From Marsupella aquatica (lineage: Eukaryota > Plantae > Marchantiophyta): a stretch of 64,000 bases of DNA. The stretch lies in assembly GCA_973895155.1 (NCBI GenBank), contig OZ316893.1:18728857-18792856 (forward strand), in the 5' to 3' direction. Under the pieces are notes generated by a model. It worked only from the letters and a program-made list of their open reading frames with translations. It was not told the origin of the DNA and searched no databases. This document shows, piece after piece, positions 49,107-60,423 of the stretch; position 1 is the first letter of the stretch, and the number at the start of each line of letters is the position of its first letter. A program made the position numbers and the translations under genes.

Positions 49107-52035
49107 CACTAGAAGAATCTGAGGTGAACTGAGACCGCAATATGTGACTCATTTTGGCTCATGTGACTTCATTGTGACTCAACGTGACGTGACCCACGCT
49201 GTGACCCTTGGAGTTGCAAAAGTTGAGACCAAAAAATGGAAGTCACTATTGATATTGGGCTTTGCAACTTACTACGTGACTGCAATGTGACTTTAACGAG
49301 TCACATGGTAAGTCATATACATGACTTACTTGCACTTAACAACGACTATCTTGTGACCATTTAGTGTCACAAGATAGACCAATGGAGACCCTGGTCCGGG
49401 TCACACAAGAGAACCATTTGGGCCTCTATATAGTCATGTTTATAACTAATAAGGTTCACATGCAAGTTGTAACCATGACTAATGAACAAAGAGGGACAGT
49501 TCATAAGGAGAGAGAGCACTCCACATTACAATACATAGAAACACTTATGTTCTAACTTTAGAAATATAACACGTTGAATACAAGAAATGAACAGAGCATG
49601 AATGACATCCACATGAAACAAAGCATCATATAAGCAGATCCTACATAAAACATTCATAAGAATTAAACAGAATCACTATCTTGCTAAAAGATGATGATCA
49701 TTTGAATTACAATGGAATAGTTTACAATGTGATCAATGTAATTCAGAGAAAACAGGAACTCATAAACTGATGATTGCAGGATGAGATAACTGAAAGCACA
49801 TGCATGATACTATGAATCTCCAAGAGGACATGATTCTTGTACTGCTTCTTGAGATCTAAAATCTACAGAACATGACTCACACTACAAACAAATAATGGCA
49901 TGACATTGTTATGGATCCTCTATGAACTTGCTTGGCCATAATACCAAAGAACCTGCAGCATCTCCAAGTGTCTTCTGAGGAGGATCATCATTTGCATTTG
50001 GAATGGGAAGAACAGCTTTAGGTTTCACTAGTAACATGACTAACACTACTGAATAACCTGGGGGAATCCTCTTGTCATGGAACGTTGTAGAACCAACCTG
50101 CACTCTGCCAAATCCTACTCGTGTTCCACTTTCATCAACAGCTAACAAGCCACTTTGTCCCTCAACATTAGGTGCTTTCCTCACTTCCACCTTAGATCTT
50201 TCTGCCAGCACCGTTCTTGGAGGTTTGTATGAAACCTTTGACGTGGCTCTACTCCCACCAACAGACTTACTTCGTGTGCGCAAGCTTCCTCTCTTCACAG
50301 TATTGAAGATAGGCTCAAAAGGTTCCTCTGTTAGGACTGTCACAATAGCAGGTTCCTCACCTGGGAGTGTCATTCCAACTAACTCTTTGGTTGGATTTAT
50401 CTCAACAAGAGGCACACCTGTCATTGAGAATGATACATTCTGCAAATCATTTATCTCAGCAATGGAGTCAAGATCTACATAGCATGATCGAATCTGGCTC
50501 AATGGTATCATTGTCATGCTTGCTGATATCCTCATTTGTCCCAACATTGATATCATCCACTCCCTTGCCAATGTCATCCTCGTCCAAACATGGTTGACTG
50601 CCCTCTGTCAAATTAGTTGCATGTACAGACTGCATCTTTGTTGCCTCTAAATTGCAGCGAGTCTTTGCCAGGTTCTCATACTTCTTCTCTACAACACCTG
50701 TCTTATTCTCTATGGACACAACAACCACAATATATGTTACTGAAAATCCCACATTCAACAAACAATGTCAATTCAAACTATACATTTAATAATCATATCC
50801 CACATAGTTATAAAGGCCTTACCTTCAAGCCTAGATGTCGTTGGCATGCCAGAAGAGTGCATCAACTTTGCCACCTCAAGTGGTGATGGTGGAACTCTTG
50901 CAGAATTGGAATCAACTTTATCTCTCACCGACACAACAGCTTCCATTAATGTCTTGAAGTTCACATGGAACAAGTCAGTCAATGAATTCAAACATTCATT
51001 GATCTGTGGAAGACATGTTTTCACAGCCTTCAAACGACCACTTATCTCTGTAAGTGAAGATCCACCTCCCTACATGACACAGGGGTATAGGTTCAATCAC
51101 TCCATATGAAATGTTGGCCAGGCAATATATGCACAATCAATGTTATATATAGTGTACACCTGAAATTCAATGCAGGTCATTCAATTACCAATCAGAACTC
51201 ATATAACTTACGTGCTTAGAGGATTCAGATGCACCCTCTTGAGCCCAGGTGTTCACAATTTCAGCCCTCAACTCTTCTTTTGAAGGGCTTTGCCCCAATT
51301 GGGCTTTTTGCACATGCATGGCAAACAGAAGTTATCATTATTATTCAGGGAATGTACACTAAAAAACAAAGTGAATAGTACATAATGTAGCATAAATTAC
51401 ATAATAAGCCATTGATTCTTACCAAGCATTTTGCTGTCGGTGCAGTGCCGGTCCTTCCTGTCAGATTAGGGTTCTGAACACTCTTCCTTCCAAGCCTTAT
51501 GCATTCTCCACCTCTCTTGCTTGATGATTTTACCTGTTGTACTCTCTAGGCAACCTATGTCCACACCATCATCACTGCCTACATAATTCCATTTGGCAGC
51601 AACATTTTCACATAGTCTTCCAATCTTTTGGATGTTGTTTTTTTTAAATTAATAACACTCACATCTAACCAACGCAATACTTTAGCTTTCAAATCAGCAT
51701 GTCATCGGTTCTTGCGAGGACACTCAGCATCCACCCATTGTCTCTCATTCAACTTTACGTTCCCTTTCTTTGTCACCTCCCCTCGTGCACTGCTCTCGGT
51801 AGTACTGGGCGTTGTATTGGCCACCCTTGATTCACCCTACCTAGGGTTGTGAAGCCACCTGGGAAAATACAATGCCATTCATGCTTGAGAACTACATACA
51901 GCAGAATGAATGATAGCAACATTCAATGCTTCACTTCAAGAAAAATTCTTCAAACATACATACCTGTAGCTCTGCCTATAGATGCCTATGCAGGGACTGC
52001 ACTCTGGAATTGTTGCAACCTTGGACCACCTGTCC
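49107..52035 (-). mobile_element. 3' arm of a second, diverged CACTA family (CACTA-2), truncated
   Basis: The terminus CACTAGAAGAATCTGAGG is at 49107, followed by a GTGAC/GTCAC subterminal array (49140-49480) and a TnpA-like gene homologous to that of CACTA-1. Confidence 0.85.
49909..52035 (-). pseudogene. tnpA: TnpA-like gene of CACTA-2 (3' exons, degenerate)
   Basis: FHDKRIPPGYSVVLV...LPIPNANDDPPQKTLGDAAGSLVLWP and KNR*HADLKAKVLRWLDVS align with CACTA-1 TnpA (PFPNRDDDPPQEIIADAVGSLVLWP and KNRWHSDLRGEVLRWLDLS). Confidence 0.85.
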
Positions 52036-52795
52036 AGCCTAGTACAGCAGCCAGAAAGAAAAAGCGTCTGGGAAAAGCAGGTGTATGCACACTCGGGAGG
52101 CACGGTACCCTATGCTGCAGGGCGAGGCAATGCCGAGGCTCGGTGACAACTTAATGGCTCCGGCCCTTCATAGGGCTTCGTGCCCCACTATGAGCTCCCA
52201 AAAAGATGGGAGCTACGAGCTTCCCCTATCCTCCTTTTGGGCCTCGTGCCCTGGAAGAGAGTGACTCCCGAGAGAGGAGTCGAGTGTACTCCCCCACCCC
52301 CTCTTTAATGTTGAATTATGGGCTGCGTGCCCTGCAAAAGACTCCCGTGTGAGGGAGTTTGAATTGAACTCCCCTCCACTGCTTCAATGTTGCTTAGGGC
52401 CTCGTGCCCTCTCCTGTGCTCCTGCCTTGGTGCCCCCTCCTCCCTGCTTTAATTACTCCATAGGGCTTCGTGCCCTCCGTCCCCTCTCGCTTGCAGGGCA
52501 AAAAGGAAGGGAGTCGCTCCCCCTCCCTTGGCTGCTTTAATTGCTGGCACAAATCAAGTTGCAGCTGAAGCAAGGCAGGAGCAACAGAAGTGAGGCAAGA
52601 AAAACAGGCTCGCGGCCCTATGCACACCCTTTACGACCCCAAAATGAGTCAAGTCGTAGCAAGGCAAAAAGGGAGAAAAACCGGCGAAAGAAAACGGGCT
52701 TGCGGCCCTATGCAGTCAGGAAGGGAGGTGAACCCTATAAACTTAGGTGGTCGCGCGGCTGAGGAACGACCACGGCAGGAAGCGGCAAAAACAAG
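52036..52795. other. GC-rich LTR-like fragment with repeated ggg(c/t)...cgtgccc palindromic motifs, joining CACTA-2 to a Sola2-like fragment
   Basis: Motifs gggcttcgtgccc, gggcctcgtgccc and gggctgcgtgccc occur near 52173, 52238, 52320, 52397 and 52463. There is no coding signature and no matching TSD. Confidence 0.4.
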
Positions 52796-53786
52796 GAAGA
52801 GATTAGAGGTGAAGTGGCCTGGTTTTGGGAGGTGTTTACTAGAGCTTCTCCAAACAAGGACGACAATGCTCCAAAATGGATTTCCAAGAATGAATATGAC
52901 GTCCACAGAGTTCATTGGCTAGAGGATACTGAGGTAAATGACACTGCTCATTAATTTAGTCATTGGGATTTGTCAGATTACAGTTCTTTGACCACAGTAT
53001 TTCTTGACGAGAGAGTTTACCTACAATAGGAACTGCACAATCTTTTGTTTCTCTTTTAAAGTAGTGATAGAAGTTGGTTCACATGCATGTTGAATTGATG
53101 TTTTCTAGCTTGCCATGGATTTTCTCAGGTGGAGTACTTCTTCAAGTTCCGAGATTGGTTGGAGAGTGAAGGGAAACGCTACACTATTGGATTGAGATCC
53201 TTTCAAGCAATGAAGCCTTATTTCATTCATACTATGAAGGATCAAAATGTTTGTTGTTGTAAGCAACACGTTGAAATGCAACTGATCTGTAAAGCCTTTT
53301 TCAAGCAATGACAGACTTTGCATCCTACCAACTGCAATTGTAGTTGTGATGTTTGTATCCCTCGACTTGTCTTGCTTGGCCCTGTTGAAAGAAATGGAAC
53401 ACCTCCGGTTATAGATCCACTTGTAGAAGAGCCTGTAACTTGCAAAGCCCATAAATGCTCACTACCTTCTACAAGAGCATGGTGTGCTAGTGCTTTATGC
53501 ATGAAAGCAAAAATTGATGACCGTTGGTACAAAAGAAAGTGCTTGGTGGGTCTTTGTGAAGATTGTGGGCCTAGCGGATTGGAATTGTGTCCATGGGAGG
53601 AGAGGTTTGATCCTGAGGCATGTGTTACTTGGGAAACTTATGAGTATGTGGTGCTCGATGATTTACCACAGCCGCACAGAAGGAAAAAGAAAGTACAGGC
53701 AGCTGATGATGGGCAGCCAGCAAAACCTAAGAAGAGGCTCCGATTGGTGAAGAAAACCACATCAATGCAAGTTTTCCTGGAGAAGG
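52796..53786 (+). pseudogene. Partial second copy of the Sola2-like transposase gene (direct repeat of 56220-57218)
   Basis: The sequence is near-identical to 56220-57218, including the intron. This copy has an extra in-frame TGA at 53309-53311. Confidence 0.93.
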
Positions 53787-55399
53787 CTCAAAGCAAGCTA
53801 GACTGGGTATTATTTGGTCCCAACTATGTCATACTCATCAATACTTTATGAAAGGTACTAATACAAAGGGAGGACCAAAAAGGACCATGGAATGGTGGAG
53901 ATGTATTTGTGATTGTGTGGCCAAGATGAGAGGGAGATCTAATACGGTTATACAACTGGATCACATTTGACTGAAGGACTTCTTACTCTTGTCCTCTATG
54001 GTAGCCAGGTAAGTACTTTCTTGGCATTTCAAATGCTTCAGGAGCGTAGCATGGTATTGTTGTCTATATTGGTACTTTCTTGGTATTTGAAATACTCTGG
54101 CTTTCTTGGTATTTTGAAATTATGCACGAGGGAGGGGGGGGGCAAGTTACTCCGAGGGGGGAGTATAGTTGCGTCCAAGTTACGGTCTATTGTTTGACCC
54201 GCAGTCTTGGTGCACAGTCCACAATTTGTCTTTAGTCGAGGCCTTTGAGAGCTTTGAAGAAAGTTTCAAGAACCACAATCGGATGGGGATTCGATACAAT
54301 TTTTGCAATAGAAATGTCAATAGAACTCTGATGGAACAACTTCTCAAGATTCAGGCGGGGATTCAGGGGTCTTCGCACGTTATTTTGCCCTGTTTAGTCT
54401 TGGGAAGGCTGTAGTTAGGATGCAGCGGAAGGAAGGGATGGAGAGCAGACAGTGTTCTTTGAACAGAATGTGTCGCTCGAGGCATCGTGTTTCTTTTTAC
54501 CACACCTAGAGGGTCCCAATGGAGTATCTTTCTTGCATCTCGATGATAGAAACCATCGATGACAACAAATCCATATCTTAAGCAAGATCGAACTCTAGCA
54601 TTGTAGATCTGGTGAGTTTGAACTGCTTGTTGCCAGCTACGACTAATTGCACATCGGTTTTGCATATCCCCCCATGGAAGCTTTGGAGTAATTAGCTGGA
54701 CCGCGATGTCATTCGGGATGTCAAAACGGTTAAGATAGTTCCTCTGATCTTGCCAATGTCATCACAGTCTTTGTGTCTGCAAGCACATTCAATCTGTTTA
54801 TCGGCATGGTTTTTGATCCCGTGGTTGCCTGCCTAAATCACAAAACTGGTAAACCCTCTGAAAAAATCACGAGGTCCTGGCAGGCTGCAATGCAAAATTG
54901 GAGATTCAAAAAACCATTTACGCAACATCTCCTAATCGTGACTGCTCAGAAAGAATAGACTTGAAGCGTCCTTGGTGTAAGAGATCATGGTGGCGGCTGT
55001 TGCTATGAGGATCAAGTTGCACTAGTGGGGTCGAGGGGAAGATCTAGCCAATTGAGAGAGCTGCCATTCACAGAATTTGTTCTCTCTGGTGTACTGTGCA
55101 AGGGGCAGCAGGCGCAATCTAAGAAGGATGTGAAGGGCAGGATAAGCACAGGCCTCGACATTGAACAATTGAATCGCCAATTGCAAGCCCAATTGCAGGT
55201 AAGAAGATTCATTGACCTTTCAGGTCTGATTCTCAATGTCACTCGTTGCCAACAAATTCACTTTAATTTCAGCTGTGTACTGGTTAGTTTTCAGGTACCG
55301 GTTGTTGTAGTTGTCAAACACTAAGCATTTGGTGTGTTGGCCTAATGCAGATTATTGGAGTTTGAGATTTAGGGTAGCCCAAGCTAGTTGAGTAGCGTC

Positions 55400-58300
55400 A
55401 TGACAATTTCATCCCACTCTTTGCAAGAATTAGAAGCTACAGCCAAGAAGCAGCAACGCAATCTCAGAAGAAAGGAGCGAAGAGCACGACAAGTAGTGAA
55501 CCAATTGAAAATTGATGCCAAACAAGTTATAGAAGCTGCAAACACAGAGGTGAGATGAAGCTAGAGTCTTCAAGGAGCAGGTGCTTGCTGAGATTGCTCA
55601 AGAGAGCGCTGCTACTCAACATCAAATTCAGGAGTTGGAAACATGTGTTGCCACTTTACAGACTTGCTTGAATGTCACAGCTAGGCGTGCATCGAATGCA
55701 AGTTCTCAACAAAGATGTAGAGAAAACAGAGGACGTCTTGTTGCAAAGCTTGTAGAAAATGACAACTCAGTGGTTCCTAATAGAGGACGTAGGAGTGAAA
55801 CATATGTGGTTTCACAGATTGTCAAAACTTTTAGGTCTTGCACCACACGCCATAACTTAGCCTCAAAGTTGTCTATTTATGAGGCGCTTTTGGCTCCACA
55901 AGGCTATGAAGCAATTGCATCCCACGTCTTTTGGTTGCCCTAAACAAGACCTGTCCTGGAGAACAGCAGCTATTGATATGAAGAAGGTATTGAAAATTGT
56001 CAAATATGCTAGGCGAAAAGATCACAAAGCTGCTAAAGATATCATCTTGAGCTCGTTGACTGGGACAGAAGTGGTGGGCAAGAGATATCAAAGCGCTCTT
56101 GCAAGAGCACTGTGTGTGAAGAGAGGGCCAATATCTACCGCAAGTAAGATCAGAAGTCTTTTGGATGGAGATGAAACCCTGAGGTTTCCCTTGGGTCAGC
56201 GGAATCTGATCGTCTTTCTGAAGAGATTAGAGGTGAAGTGGCCTGGTTTTGGGAGGTGTTTACTAGAGCTTCTCCAAACAAGGACGGCAATGCTCGGAAA
56301 AGGATTTCCAAGAACGAATATGACATCCACAGAGTTCATTGGCTAGAGGATACTGAGGTAAATGACACTGCTCATGAATTTAGTCATTGGGATTTGTCAG
56401 ATTACAATTCTTTGACCACAGAACCTCTTGACGAGAGAGTTCACCTACAATAGGAACTGCACAATCTTTTGTTTCTCTTAAGTAGTGATAGAACTTGGTT
56501 CACATGCATGTTGAATTGATGTTTTCTAGCATGCTAATGTGGATTTTCTCATTGTGATAGGTGGAGTACTTCTTCAAGTTCCGAGATTGGTTGGAGAGTG
56601 AAGGGAAATGCTACACTATTGGATTGAGATCCTTTCAAGCAATGAAGCCTTATTTCATTCGTACTATGAAGGATCGAAACGTTTGCTGTTGTAAGCAACA
56701 CGTCAAAATGCAACTGATTTGTAAAGCCTTTTTCAAGCAAAGACAGACTTTGCATCCTACCAACTGCAATTGTAGCTGTGATGTTTGTATCCCTCAACTT
56801 GTCTTGCTTGGCCCTGTTGAAAGAAATGGAACACCTCCGGTTATAGATCCACCTGTAGAAGAGCCTGTAACTTGCAAAGCCCATAAATGCTCACTACCTT
56901 CTACGAGAGCATGGTGTGCTAGTGCTTTATGCATGAAAGCAAAAATTGATGACCGTTGGTACAAAAGAAAGTGCTTGGTGGGTCTTTGTGAAGATTGTGG
57001 GCCTGGCGGATTGGAATTGTGTCCATGGGAGGAGAGGTTTGATCCTGAGGCATGTGTTACTTGGGAAACTTATGAGTATGTGGTGCTCGATGATTTACCA
57101 CAGCCGCACAGAAGGAAAAAGAAAGTACAGGCAGCTGATGATGGGCAGCCGGCAAAACCTAAGAAGAGGCTCCGATTGGTGAAGAAAACCACATCAATGC
57201 GAGTTTTCCTGGAGAAGGTATACAGTACTGTGGAGGCTTTCATTAAGCATGATTTCTATGCAAGATGGCAAGGAGAACAATATCAGAATTGTTTGAAGAC
57301 ATTTCAGAAGGGTACAATTGTTTCCTCAATAGATTTTGCCGAGAATTACACTTTTGCAGTACAAGATGAGGTCCAAAGTCTTCACTGGGACAATCATCAG
57401 ATTACAATTCTTGTGCTGATCACATACCGTCATCAGCATGATAAGGAGGATGACCCCATTGTGTATGACTCCCATGGTAAAAAAATTACCAGGTTCATTG
57501 AAGCTGATTACCACTTTTTCATTTCAGACGACAACAGTCATGACACTTTTTTCGTCCAACATTGCTTGGACTTTCATTGAAGCTGGATGCAAGAGCAGGG
57601 TTTCCTTGTCAACAACCGTATCATGTGGTCTGATGGGTGTGCAGCCCAATTCAAGGCTTGTCGGCCGTTCTCATATGTAGCCAAGTACTACAATGAATAC
57701 GGAGCAAGGATGATGTGGTGTTTTCATGCCTCGGGGCATGGGAAAGGACTACAGGTATATGTTGCATTCTTTGACTACAGTTTTGAGCCATGTTTTATGC
57801 ATGCATGCACTCTACTATGCTTGCAATCGTTTTAAATTATATTATGATTGTTTGTACTGTCATATACTTATTTCATTCCACAGGATGGTCTTGGAGGTGG
57901 AGTGAAGAGTGCCCTTCGAAAGGAGCAATTACGAACAGAAGGAGGGCATCCAATGGAGGGTGCAAAGGATGTTGTGGCATTCTTGAAAGAACGCTTTTGC
58001 CTGGGGAAGGAAAGGGAGTATGATAAGAAACAAGGAGTTCGACGTTTCTTTTGGGAGATAGGAGTGCAAGAAGTTCAGAGAATTCAGGCAAATGAATGCT
58101 TGTCTATCAAGGGTATTAGGCAGATGCACTGTTTTTTGGGGTACAGCAAGGAGAATCCGATGATGTTGAAATGTCGTGACCTGGCATGTTTTTGTGAGGA
58201 TTGTGTGGTTGATGCAGAGAATCATAGCAATTGCGAGAATCAAGCATGGGTCAACCCATGGGATGTTGACCATGTGTTTCCACTGCAGCCAATTGAGATT

Positions 58301-58744
58301 GCTAGTATTATTCAAGACATGCATGGTGGCCTAGATGCTAACAATTGTGACTATGAAAATTACCTTGGAGATCTGGTCGACGTTGGTGATTACTTTGCTG
58401 TTCTGGCTGAGGAAGGGAACATTTGGCATGCAGAATTTTATATTTTGCTGTGCACAAAGTTGGCTGCTATTGTTGAAGCAGACTTCACTGATGATTACGG
58501 TGCAAAGTTCTTGAAGGGTGATAGAGTGTTGGCTGGCACTTGGTATCAACAGTATGGCAGGTTATCGGATTATTGTTTTGTTAGATATGAGAAGGCTAGC
58601 TTGAGTTATGTGGATGTGTCCTCTGTGGTACACATCAAATTTGGTCTTGTACCAACAAAGGTTGTGAGCGGTTCACCAGGATTCAAAATTTCATCCAACA
58701 CCCTAGATGCAATTTTGTGTTCAACAGAAAGGTACTCAGTCTGA
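55400..58744 (+). pseudogene. Sola2-like DDD transposase gene (introns 56358-56560 and 57755-57883; 5' frameshifts; in-frame TGA 57578-57580)
   Basis: Motifs include IGLRSFQAMKPYF...NVCCCKQH, C..GLCEDC, IDFAENY..AVQDEVQSLHW, ISDDNSHD, WSDGCAAQFK, WCFHASGHGKGLQ|DGLGGGVK and RDLACFCEDC. This series matches Sola2-type transposases as recalled; the superfamily call is unverified. Confidence 0.72.
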
Positions 58745-59059
58745 ATGATGTCTGATTTAAATTTTGTATGATTTCAATTCTGAAGGGTTTATAATATCAG
58801 TTTAATACCAGTTTAGTACTTGAGTATAATACCAGTTTAGTAATTGGTCACCTGAGTTTAAGTATAGTTTAGACCAGTTTACATGAAGGGGCATCTAATT
58901 GCGAGTGTCTTTGTTTACTTCAGGGCGAATCCTTCAGTGAGTACATGCAATGAACTTGTATGGCTAAGTTAGCCTGCAATTCTCAAGGACAGGTAAACGT
59001 ACACACAAGATTCATAGAGTGACCCCATTATAATACTTGTTTCTTTGTCATTAATACTA

Positions 59060-59595
59060 ATTGCATCTTATGCAATACCTAGTCTGTAGTACTTAATGCT
59101 CATATAATACCAAGTACCAAGTACCAAATACCTACTTCATAATACTAAATAATACTTTAGAGTACTTGCCAATACCAGTCAATATTCCACAATACTGTTT
59201 AGTACCATAATAGCTTTTGTAATACTAATACTACACAGTACTCAATACCTAGTACTACGCAGTACTAAAGCAATACTCTCTCAGGTACCCTCTAATATCA
59301 TCAATACCGTTCCTAATTCTATATAGTACCAATAATTTCTAGTACCTAATACCTAGCATTCTGTAATACTAATACTATAACAGTACTCAATACCTATTCA
59401 GTAATACATCTAATACCATCAATACCTAATACTATATAGTACCTAATACCACGAATACCAAATACTTTGTATTTTGGATAGTACCTAATACCTAAAATAC
59501 CCAATACTTTGCATTTTGTATAGTACCATCAATACCTAAGATTCTGTAGTACCAATACTTCCAAACACATAGCATTCAGGTAATACTAATACTTT
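59060..59595. repeat. Low-complexity array of AATACC/AGTACC/TAATACT motifs (probable Sola2-like subterminal repeats), cut by CACTA copy b
   Basis: Many (a/g)tac(c/t) units are present. Complementary ggtatt/ggtact motifs occur upstream of the gene at ~53805-54115. Confidence 0.65.
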
Positions 59596-60423
59596 CACTA
59601 GTAGAAACCGGGGGGTATTTAGACCCCATTAAATGACTATTCAGTACCGTGTAGGACTTGGAAACGACTGGGAAGGACTCCAATCCTTTATAGGACTGCG
59701 AGTCGTATGTTTTGTTACTATAATCAACTGAGTCCTTTATAGAACTGGTTTATAAGTCGTTTAATAGACTGGATTTTCAGTCTATTTTAGTCTTTGTGTG
59801 GGTAGCTTTGGTGAGTCGTTTTCAGTCTTTTATGGGCTGAGATGGTGAGTCGTTGGGAACAACTAAAAAGGTTATGGAGGGTAGTCTTTAAATATACTTT
59901 GTGGGGTATGTATAAGTCTTTCATGTCAACTGGATATGAGTGATGAAGACCCCACTATACTACTTGGAATGAACCCACTCTTGTGCACAAATAACATATT
60001 GCATTCATGTGTTATTGTGTACTTGGAATGAACTCACTCTATAAGTTCACCATTCATCATGTTAACATTAGAATACATAGTTTCAGAAAGCCATCTTCTA
60101 TACCATGTACACTAATATGAATTCATAGATTCAAACTTCATAGACTACAAAGAAGGTCACAAAGTATTCCTCTATACCATACACACTAATACTGAAATGA
60201 TACAAAACAGATTCAAATATCATAGACAATCACCATAGAGCCATAGTTTGACATCAATCACTTGTTTCATACATACAGAATTCAGAAATATCAATGTCAC
60301 ACACAACGGCTCCTTCATCCTCTTTACCAAATGGAAAAATTGGTACAGATATTTCTTGGATCTTTCCAAGGCAATGTCAAAATGTGACACAATTCACATG
60401 ATTCTATCTACACTTGCATTCAG

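Noticed and set aside
52031-52793. Canonical solo LTR with TG...CA ends and TSD
   Set aside because: The flanks (CCACC/AGGAA) do not match, and TGTCC at 52031 belongs to the CACTA-2 exon (it matches ggacaggtggtcca in CACTA-1). It is kept only as an LTR-like fragment.
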